Source of the DNA: Bacillus subtilis subsp. subtilis str. 168
GTDB taxonomy: Bacteria; Bacillota; Bacilli; Bacillales; Bacillaceae
DNA length: 32,000 nt
Direction of reading: 5' to 3'
Assembly (NCBI RefSeq): GCF_000009045.1
Contig: NC_000964.3
Location: forward strand, 1,470,001-1,502,000
Part shown: in pieces, positions 9,137 to 16,044 of the stretch
How the letters are laid out: each line of letters starts with the position of its first letter
Position numbering within the stretch: position 1 is the stretch's first letter
Notes under the pieces: model-generated
What the model was told of the DNA's origin: nothing
The model's database searches: none
Seen by the model: the letters and a program-made list of their open reading frames with translations, nothing else
Position numbers and translations under genes: made by a program

Positions 9137-10867
9137 ATGGACGAGATGGTATTATTAACTCAGGAATGGCTCAATGAAACGTACAAAGGAAAAAGTGGCT
9201 ACAATTCCATTGAGGAAAATGGGAAAACTGGCTGGAAAACAATGTATGCATTAACTAGAGCATTACAACTAGAATTGGGAATTACACAGACTTCCGACAG
9301 TTTTGGTCCTACAACTTTAAGAAAGCTTAAAGAATTAGGCCCGATTTCTACGTCAACTAATTCAAAAAAAAATATTGTGAAAATTATTCAAGGTGCTCTT
9401 TATTGTAAAGGTTATGGTCCAGGTGGATTAACGGGTACATTTGGTCAGGGAACGAAAGAGGCGATAGCAGAAATGCAATTGCATATGGGGCTTTCTAAAA
9501 CAGACGGTGTAGTAACGCCTAAGGTGTTTAAAGCTTTATTAAACATGGACTCTTATATCCTTTTAAATGGGGCGTCAGAGAAAGTTCGTTCAATACAGCA
9601 ATGGCTAAATAATAAATATTACAATAGAGAGAATTTCTACTTTATGCCCTGTGATGGCCTGTATTCAAGGGATACTCAAAAGTCTCTTGTTTATGCAATA
9701 CAGTACGAGGAAGGGTTAAGTGATAGTATAGCTAATGGGAATTTTGGACCAACTACTCAAAGATTGATTCCTGTATTAAGAATTGGAGAAACAGATGAAA
9801 AAAACAGTTTTATTCATTTATTTCAAGCTGCTCTAATCTTTAATGGCTACAATGTTCCTTTTGATGGAGTATACTCTGAATCTGTAAGATCAAAAGTAAA
9901 GGCTTTTCAGTCTTTTGCAAAATTACAACAGAGTGGTACTGCCGACTTTCAAACATGGGCTTCACTTCTAGTAAGTACTGGAGACCCCAATCGAAAAGGA
10001 GTTGCTTGTGACTCAATTACTCAAATTACATCGGACAGGGCGGAGTCCCTTAAGAGGGCAGGTTATAAGATTGTAGGGCGGTATCTAACAAATGCGCCGG
10101 GGAGTACACTAAATAAAAAAATACAACCAGGTGAATTAGAAACTATCTTAAAATCAGGTTTAAATGTTTTTCCGATTTATCAAACCTATGGGGGAGCAAC
10201 AAATTATTTTAATAAAGAACAAGGAAAGAAAGATGCGTTTGCTGCTTATAAAGCAGCAAAAGAATACGGGTTTAAAAATAACACTGTAATATACTTTGCA
10301 GTAGATTATGATGCATATGGTAACGATTTAAACAACAATATTATTCCACACTTCGAAGGTATAAATGAAATAATGAACGGTTTTTTAGGTTCAACTTACA
10401 AAATTGGTATTTATGCCCCTAGGAATGTATGTACTATAGTTTCTAAAAAAGGTTTAGCATTTGCAAGTTTTGTAAGTGGTATGTCTACTGGCTTTAGCGG
10501 AAACTTAGGATATCCTTTGCCTTACAATTGGGCGTTTGACCAAATTTCAACAATTACTGTTGGAAATGGTTCTGGAATGATTGAAATTGATAATGATATT
10601 TGTTCAGGTTTGGATAATGGAGTTAATACCATAAATATAGTGCCTTCAGAGAATAAGAAGTTTTTTGATCAAATTGATGTTTTATATGAAACTGCTGAAA
10701 AATATGCTCAAATGCAAAGCGACTTAAATAATGGGGTAAAAAAAACACAATTAGCTAATGAGTTGGTTGCCCAGTATTTAAGAAAGGATGACTACAAAGG
10801 GTGGAAGTGGGTCCCTACCGCAGGCCAGATTGATCCTATTTATCGTGAATGGGCAGTAAAGCGCTAG
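9137..10867 (+). CDS. ykuG: YkuG N-terminal segment: four peptidoglycan-binding (PG_binding_1-like) repeats plus a DUF1906/Rv2525c-like glycoside-hydrolase-like domain. No signal peptide.
   Basis: ATG at 9137, 7 nt after GGGAGGAAGG. The upstream ATG at 9092 lacks an RBS. The repeats fit a G.FG..T..A...Q...GL pattern. The TIM-barrel-like block is AGYKIVGRYL...IYFAVDYDA. Confidence 0.7.
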   Translation: MDEMVLLTQEWLNETYKGKSGYNSIEENGKTGWKTMYALTRALQLELGITQTSDSFGPTTLRKLKELGPISTSTNSKKNIVKIIQGALYCKGYGPGGLTGTFGQGTKEAIAEMQLHMGLSKTDGVVTPKVFKALLNMDSYILLNGASEKVRSIQQWLNNKYYNRENFYFMPCDGLYSRDTQKSLVYAIQYEEGLSDSIANGNFGPTTQRLIPVLRIGETDEKNSFIHLFQAALIFNGYNVPFDGVYSESVRSKVKAFQSFAKLQQSGTADFQTWASLLVSTGDPNRKGVACDSITQITSDRAESLKRAGYKIVGRYLTNAPGSTLNKKIQPGELETILKSGLNVFPIYQTYGGATNYFNKEQGKKDAFAAYKAAKEYGFKNNTVIYFAVDYDAYGNDLNNNIIPHFEGINEIMNGFLGSTYKIGIYAPRNVCTIVSKKGLAFASFVSGMSTGFSGNLGYPLPYNWAFDQISTITVGNGSGMIEIDNDICSGLDNGVNTINIVPSENKKFFDQIDVLYETAEKYAQMQSDLNNGVKKTQLANELVAQYLRKDDYKGWKWVPTAGQIDPIYREWAVKR

Positions 10868-11451
10868 GGGAAGACCTAGTAAATGGAATTGTTGATCCTA
10901 TATCAAAAACTGTCATAGGAACGCAGCATCTTATGGCAACTTATAATGCCATTATTTATAGTGGTGGTTACTCTCAAACACTACGAGATTTTGCTGGTTG
11001 GACTGGAGATCTATTAACAACAATACAGGACATGAAATTACACGCTCAAGAATTTAATTCGCCTTATGATGCGGCTATGAAAATAATAGGTAATATGTAT
11101 CAATTTAGCCTAGATGATTTATTTAGTGATGTAGATGCAATTAATCTAGCGAATAAAACATCAGTTGGTGCTAATGCACAACCTCTAAATATCGCAATTA
11201 GAGATTATTATAGTAATAATGACTGTATGAATAGGTTCACTCAATTTGTAAATAATAGATTTGATGGTTCGTTAGACAAAATTTTCTCTGAAGCAGAGTA
11301 TTATTTAAATACAAACCTTGACCCAGTTGTTGTTCCAATTAGGTTAGCCTTTAAACGTGCTTTTGATGTTGAGGATTATAGTGAAGAGATTGGAAAAATA
11401 ACAGCACAAGCATTTAGAGATGTTATCGAGAAAAAAATGATATCTGAATAA
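10849..11451 (+). CDS. ykuG: YkuG C-terminal segment, 200 codons, no domain I can recognise
   Basis: Open frame from 10849 to TAA at 11449-11451, followed by a strong terminator. Composition matches the upstream segment. Independent translation is doubtful because there is no SD sequence. Confidence 0.5.
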   Translation: MGSKALGEDLVNGIVDPISKTVIGTQHLMATYNAIIYSGGYSQTLRDFAGWTGDLLTTIQDMKLHAQEFNSPYDAAMKIIGNMYQFSLDDLFSDVDAINLANKTSVGANAQPLNIAIRDYYSNNDCMNRFTQFVNNRFDGSLDKIFSEAEYYLNTNLDPVVVPIRLAFKRAFDVEDYSEEIGKITAQAFRDVIEKKMISE

Positions 11452-11456
11452 ACTGC

Positions 11457-11500
11457 AAAACAAGCGAACGTTAAAACTGGTCGTTCGCTTGTTTTATTTT
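11457..11500 (+). terminator. Strong rho-independent terminator after ykuG
   Basis: AAAACAAGCGAACG-loop-CGTTCGCTTGTTTT followed by ATTTT. Confidence 0.85.
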
Positions 11501-11546
11501 CTATTTAAATTTATGATATAATTTTTAAAGATTAAGGAGTGATTCA

Positions 11547-12095
11547 TTGAAGAAATTGTTAAAAAAGTTAGTTGTATTATTTTTAAGCAGTTTAGTTATC
11601 ATCTTTAATGTTTGGTACTTTATTATTTGTGCTTTTTCCCCAGAGTATTATCAAAATACAAATCTTACTTCTAATGAAATAATAAGATTTGAAAAACTAT
11701 ACCACATAGATTTTCCTGATGAAACAAAATTTATTAAAGCTAGAGAGTATTTGGCTGGGCCCGGAGGAGATACGTCAGCTGTATTATATGTGTCTCTGCC
11801 AACCAAGCGGGTAGAAAAAGTTTTATCTGATTACACGTATATGAAAATAAACTATACTGACAATGTCGGTTCAATGTATGGAGTTGACGTTTCAAAGAGT
11901 GTCGCCGGTTTAACAACTCTTACATTTGGCACTTACGATAAAAAAGGAACTTTCTATAATATGAAACATGATGATGATTGGATGTATAAAGGCACTGACT
12001 GGAATCTTTACTTTTGGACAGCTGCTAGTTATAATGCTGTTATTTTTGTATTTGTTTTGGTTATTGTGAAACAAATGAATAAAATTCTTAATTAA
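11547..12095 (+). CDS. ykuH: Bitopic membrane protein: N-terminal and C-terminal TM helices flanking an extracytoplasmic domain of about 125 aa
   Basis: TTG start 7 nt after AAGGAGTG. Hydrophobic segments LVVLFLSSLVIIFNVWYFIICAF and AVIFVFVLVIV. A TGaTATAAT extended -10 lies about 25 nt upstream of the start. Confidence 0.8.
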   Translation: MKKLLKKLVVLFLSSLVIIFNVWYFIICAFSPEYYQNTNLTSNEIIRFEKLYHIDFPDETKFIKAREYLAGPGGDTSAVLYVSLPTKRVEKVLSDYTYMKINYTDNVGSMYGVDVSKSVAGLTTLTFGTYDKKGTFYNMKHDDDWMYKGTDWNLYFWTAASYNAVIFVFVLVIVKQMNKILN

Positions 12096-12247
12096 CCAGT
12101 ATGTAGATTGATAATCTCAAAAAAATTTTCCTCTTCTTTTAACATACTCCATACGACCTACTTTTCCATACTATGATTTTTTTGAAATTTGTGGTGTAGT
12201 TATAATTGTGCGTATAATCAGACAAAGATAGAGAAGCAGGTGATAAC

Positions 12248-13471
12248 ATGTTGGATCCACTTGATATTTTAACGAACATTGATGATGTCCTTCCATATTA
12301 CCAGGCGATTTTTAGTGCCGAGGAGCAGAAGGTTGTCGGATATGAGGTGCTTGGACGAATTTTGGCAGATTCAGAAATCCAAAGTCTCGGGCCCTTCTTT
12401 TTAGATGCGGGGATACCCGAAGAATATAAATTAGAGGTTGATAACAGAATTATCCGCCAGGCTCTTGACCGCTTTTTAGAGGCGGATTCTGATCTGCTGA
12501 TTTTTATGAATCAGGATGCCAATCTGCTGATGCTGGATCATGGTGAAAGCTTTCTGGAGCTTCTGAAAGAATATGAAGCGAAGGGAATCGAACTCCACCG
12601 TTTTGTGCTTGAAATTACAGAGCACAATTTTGAAGGGGATATTGAGCAGCTCTACCATATGCTTGCATACTATCGTACATACGGAATTAAAATCGCAGTT
12701 GACAACATCGGAAAAGAAAGCAGCAACTTGGACAGAATCGCGCTGCTCTCACCAGATCTGTTAAAAATCGATTTGCAGGCGCTGAAAGTGTCACAGCCGT
12801 CACCGTCATATGAGCATGTGCTGTACAGCATATCTTTATTAGCAAGAAAAATCGGTGCGGCGCTGCTGTATGAAGACATTGAGGCGAACTTCCAGCTTCA
12901 GTACGCCTGGAGAAACGGAGGCCGCTATTTTCAGGGCTATTACTTAGTGTCTCCATCTGAAACGTTTCTAGAGAGAGATGTATTGAAACAAAGACTTAAA
13001 ACTGAATTTCACCAATTTATCACACATGAGAAAAAGAAACTGGAGACCGTCTATGAGCACTCTGAACAGTTTTACAAACGAGTGCATCAGGCTGTGACCT
13101 CTTTGAGAAAAAACAATCTGTCTTCTGATGATGACTTTATTAAAAAGCTGGCGGAAGAGCTGACAGATTGCAGCTTCAGGATTTACATGTGTGATGAAGA
13201 AGGCGATCAGCTGACGGGAAATGTGTTTAAGCAAGATGGAGAATGGATTTATCAGCCGGAATATGCGGAAAAGAACTGGAGCTGGCGCCCTTATTTTCTG
13301 GAGAACATTATGAGAATGAGAAATCTCAGAAAAGGTTTTTTCAGTGATCTGTACAGTGATTTGGAAACAGGTGAAATGATCAGAACGTTTTCATATCCGA
13401 TGGATGATCAGATGTATTTATTTATAGACTTGCCTTATTCTTATTTATATGAGCAGGACGGACTGATTTAA
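12248..13471 (+). CDS. ykuI: EAL-domain protein with a C-terminal PAS-like domain (c-di-GMP binding)
   Basis: 407-aa ORF with RBS AGGTGA. EAL-domain signatures (EVLGR, EITE, DNIG, KID, EDIE, QGYY). Recognised as B. subtilis YkuI. Confidence 0.93.
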   Translation: MLDPLDILTNIDDVLPYYQAIFSAEEQKVVGYEVLGRILADSEIQSLGPFFLDAGIPEEYKLEVDNRIIRQALDRFLEADSDLLIFMNQDANLLMLDHGESFLELLKEYEAKGIELHRFVLEITEHNFEGDIEQLYHMLAYYRTYGIKIAVDNIGKESSNLDRIALLSPDLLKIDLQALKVSQPSPSYEHVLYSISLLARKIGAALLYEDIEANFQLQYAWRNGGRYFQGYYLVSPSETFLERDVLKQRLKTEFHQFITHEKKKLETVYEHSEQFYKRVHQAVTSLRKNNLSSDDDFIKKLAEELTDCSFRIYMCDEEGDQLTGNVFKQDGEWIYQPEYAEKNWSWRPYFLENIMRMRNLRKGFFSDLYSDLETGEMIRTFSYPMDDQMYLFIDLPYSYLYEQDGLI

Positions 13472-13493
13472 CGGCTGAAAGGCCGTTTTTTTT
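13471..13493 (+). terminator. Terminator after ykuI
   Basis: ACGGC-tgaaag-GCCGT followed by TTTTTTTT. The stem is short but the U-tract is long. Confidence 0.55.
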
Positions 13494-13521
13494 ATGAAAT
13501 GAAAAAAATATCAAAAAACGA

Positions 13522-13550
13522 TTGACATTGATACTGAGAATCATTATCAT
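13522..13550 (+). promoter_or_regulatory. fsrA promoter with an embedded Fur box
   Basis: -35 TTGACA (13522-13527), 17-nt spacer, -10 TATCAT (13545-13550). The Fur 7-1-7 motif TGAGAATCATTATCA (13535-13549) overlaps the spacer and the -10. Confidence 0.8.
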
Positions 13551-13557
13551 TTAATTA

Positions 13558-13643
13558 TAGAGAGAAGCTACTCTCTGTTCCCCAACCCCTCTATCAGATC
13601 AAGATCCGAAAAAACTTGGCGCTACCCCCGCCAAGTTTTTTAT
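13558..13643 (+). ncRNA. fsrA: Fur-regulated small RNA FsrA (iron-sparing response)
   Basis: Transcript of about 85 nt predicted from the promoter to the terminator AAAAAACTTGGCG-ctacccc-CGCCAAGTTTTTT. It contains C-rich single-strand candidate seed regions (CCCCAACCCCTC, CCCCCGCC). Its position between ykuI and ykuJ matches the known fsrA locus. The 5' end is approximate. Confidence 0.8.
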
Positions 13644-14116
13644 TTGTCAAAGCATAGGACAATCCAATGAAACAATAAACCTAACTAGTGGTAAACGTTT
13701 AACACGGGGAGAAACATTGAGTGCCGAACACCCCTGACACTGCTGCACGGGTGAGGAGGAAAATTCGTTCTGAAATGATTATTTCAGTTCCGTTGTTTAC
13801 CTCTATCCAGCATGACTCCCATTGATTATGGCCACGCGGGACTTCACCATAAAATTCAAAAGAAGGTTTTGACAAAGTTGCAAAAAGGCATTCTTAATGC
13901 TGCCAAAGATTCGAAAAAAATTATAATTATGTGCATGACATTCAAAAAAAGCCTCAAACTAAAGAAAAATAGTTTTTTTCACTTTTTTTCTTTGCTTAAA
14001 TTCAGCAGTGAAAATGCCATCCTGTCCGACTTTATGGTATGATGCTCAATAGAACTTGTATTATAATAAATACTTGTTGATTTGAAGTTGCTTTTTGAAA
14101 GGAGTCTTTTTTTAGA

Positions 14117-14356
14117 ATGTCACAATTAATGGGTATCATCACACGGCTGCAAAGTCTGCAAGAAACAGCGGAAGCGGCTAACGAGCCAATGCAGCGTTAT
14201 TTCGAAGTGAATGGTGAGAAAATATGCAGTGTTAAATATTTCGAAAAAAATCAAACGTTTGAACTGACGGTTTTCCAAAAGGGTGAAAAACCTAACACAT
14301 ATCCGTTTGATAATATCGACATGGTTTCCATCGAAATCTTTGAACTTCTTCAGTAA
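14117..14356 (+). CDS. ykuJ: Small conserved protein of unknown function (YkuJ family)
   Basis: 79-aa ORF with RBS GAAAGGAG upstream. Confidence 0.88.
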   Translation: MSQLMGIITRLQSLQETAEAANEPMQRYFEVNGEKICSVKYFEKNQTFELTVFQKGEKPNTYPFDNIDMVSIEIFELLQ

Positions 14357-14465
14357 GATTCCTGAAATAGGGGGAACAAGCTTCCGCCTTTGCAAAAGTA
14401 ATCGAAATAAACGGTAAGGAACATACTTGTTTCATGGTTGTAAATCCTTGAAAAGGAGTGTCGTG

Positions 14466-14984
14466 ATGGCTGATTCTTTTCTGTTTTATAATCTTTCAGA
14501 AGCACAGATGACCTTTCAAGATGTGATGGAACGGCTTAAAGCCTTTGTTCAAAAGGACCCCCGTTCTTCTTATGTGTTATCGATCGGAACCGATTCACAG
14601 GTTTACCGCGATTACACAAAGTTTATTACCGCATTGCATTTGCATCGTACAGGCAAGGGAGCTTGGGGCTGCTTGAAAAATCATACAGTCGACAGACCCA
14701 TACATAGCCTTCGGGAGAAGATTTCGTTAGAAACGGCGTACAGCCAAGAAACGGCCGCTCATATTCTTGATGGACACTTAATGGATATTACCGATCTGCT
14801 CCTGCCCTTTACCGGTGAGGGGGCGGATCTTACCTTTGAAGTTCACTTGGATATTGGGAAAAAAGGGCTTACAAAAGATCTGATCCAAGAAATGACTGGA
14901 CGTATTACCTCCATGGGGATTGAGGCCAAAATAAAGCCGGATTCATACACTGCCTTCAGCTATGCAAATCGTTTCACAAAATAA
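14466..14984 (+). CDS. ykuK: YkuK/DUF458-family protein (RNase H-like fold family), unknown function
   Basis: ATG at 14466 lies 7 nt after AAAGGAG and gives 172 aa. The upstream ATG at 14427 lacks an RBS. Confidence 0.85.
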   Translation: MADSFLFYNLSEAQMTFQDVMERLKAFVQKDPRSSYVLSIGTDSQVYRDYTKFITALHLHRTGKGAWGCLKNHTVDRPIHSLREKISLETAYSQETAAHILDGHLMDITDLLLPFTGEGADLTFEVHLDIGKKGLTKDLIQEMTGRITSMGIEAKIKPDSYTAFSYANRFTK

Positions 14985-15008
14985 TTTGGCTGAAAAAGCC
15001 AAGGTAAA

Positions 15009-15052
15009 TGTCGAATTATGCGGTTGACGTTTGTTATCTGATTACTTATTCT
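15009..15052 (+). promoter_or_regulatory. Candidate abbA promoter with a Spo0A box
   Basis: 0A-box TGTCGAA (15009-15015) lies just upstream of -35 TTGACG (15024-15029), followed by a 17-nt spacer and -10 TATTCT (15047-15052). Confidence 0.5.
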
Positions 15053-15117
15053 AGCGGTAGAGCTGAAAGTAAGTTGTCTTGCTTTCAGAGGTATTCAGTA
15101 TAAAACAGGGGGCCTGA

Positions 15118-15315
15118 TTGCGAATGAGTCTTATCGGTGAACGATTTACAGAAGAAGAACAAAAACTTCTGCTGAATATCCTGATCAACCATGAGTATGC
15201 CATCGAGCTATTAAGCAGTGAGATCAACGATATAGAGACAGGGACCAAAAACGTTGACGGAACCACCTACAAAAAACTTGTAACGCTATACGACCGATTT
15301 CGATTTGAAAATTAA
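15118..15315 (+). CDS. abbA: AbrB anti-repressor AbbA
   Basis: 65-aa ORF with a TTG start 6 nt after AGGGGG. Recognised as AbbA (YkzF). Confidence 0.88.
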   Translation: MRMSLIGERFTEEEQKLLLNILINHEYAIELLSSEINDIETGTKNVDGTTYKKLVTLYDRFRFEN

Positions 15316-15332
15316 TGGGACACCCTATAATT

Positions 15333-15360
15333 GATACTCCACAAAGAGTATCTTTTTTAT
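15333..15360 (+). terminator. Terminator after abbA
   Basis: GATACTC-cacaaa-GAGTATC followed by TTTTTTATT. Confidence 0.8.
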
Positions 15361-15452
15361 TGAAAGGAAACTTTTCGACAAATACTGATAAAGTTTATAT
15401 TATTGCAATATAGGGAATGTATTGATGATGAAAATGAAAAGGGGTCGAAAAC

Positions 15453-15896
15453 ATGATAAGCTTACAATCAGATCAACTTCTTGAGGCAACAGTCGGACAA
15501 TTTATGATTGAGGCGGACAAAGTAGCGCACGTGCAAGTCGGAAATAACCTTGAGCATGCATTATTAGTATTGACAAAAACCGGATACACAGCCATCCCGG
15601 TTCTGGATCCTTCCTACCGTTTACATGGCTTAATCGGGACAAATATGATCATGAACAGTATTTTTGGACTTGAGCGAATTGAGTTTGAAAAGCTTGACCA
15701 AATCACTGTTGAGGAAGTCATGCTGACCGACATTCCGCGCCTTCATATCAATGATCCGATTATGAAGGGATTCGGCATGGTCATTAATAACGGATTTGTC
15801 TGTGTTGAAAATGACGAGCAGGTATTTGAAGGGATTTTTACGAGAAGAGTCGTTTTAAAGGAATTGAATAAGCATATACGCTCATTGAATAAGTAG
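15453..15896 (+). CDS. darB: Tandem CBS-domain protein (c-di-AMP receptor DarB/CbpB)
   Basis: 147-aa ORF with RBS AAAGGGG. Two CBS repeats. Recognised as YkuL. Confidence 0.9.
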   Translation: MISLQSDQLLEATVGQFMIEADKVAHVQVGNNLEHALLVLTKTGYTAIPVLDPSYRLHGLIGTNMIMNSIFGLERIEFEKLDQITVEEVMLTDIPRLHINDPIMKGFGMVINNGFVCVENDEQVFEGIFTRRVVLKELNKHIRSLNK

Positions 15897-16007
15897 GCTG
15901 TACGGTCCTATTTTTATTATATAGGCAGAGTGAAAAAAGAAAGCGCATACATAATTTAAACGAGAATAGGGCTTGAATAAGAAACTAAGATTTTATTAGA
16001 ATGGGAG

Positions 16008-16022
16008 ATAAGAAAAACTTAT
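16008..16022 (+). promoter_or_regulatory. CcpC-type dyad ATAA-N7-TTAT upstream of ccpC (possible autoregulation site)
   Basis: ATAAGAAAAACTTAT lies between a candidate promoter (TTGAAT 15972-15977, 18-nt spacer, TAGAAT) and the ccpC RBS. Confidence 0.45.
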
Positions 16023-16044
16023 TGATAACAAAAAGGAGGACGAC

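Larger units (their letters stand above)
9137..11451 (+). pseudogene. ykuG: ykuG locus as a whole: one ancestral gene of about 770 codons interrupted by a reading-frame change at 10849-10867
   Basis: The two ORFs overlap by 19 nt in different frames. The second frame opens only at 10849, immediately after an in-frame TGA. There is no RBS in front of 10849. Restoring one nucleotide in the overlap gives a continuous ...YREWAVKALGEDLV... protein. Confidence 0.5.

Noticed and set aside
11547-12095. ykuH as a holin paired with an endolysin-like ykuG (prophage lysis cassette)
   Set aside because: At 182 aa with a soluble loop of about 125 residues and only two terminal TM helices, it does not look like a holin. 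No other phage genes flank it, and a strong terminator separates it from ykuG. A looser partner or immunity hypothesis is retained as a finding instead.
13812-14042. 76-aa ORF in the fsrA-ykuJ spacer
   Set aside because: It has no Shine-Dalgarno, a K-rich low-complexity sequence, and lies in A/T-rich promoter-like DNA.
14427-14465. Longer ykuK start at 14427, and similar 5' extensions of ykuT (22057), yknT (25386) and yknU (29856)
   Set aside because: In each case an internal ATG has a much better Shine-Dalgarno at 6-9 nt spacing, and the extension has none.
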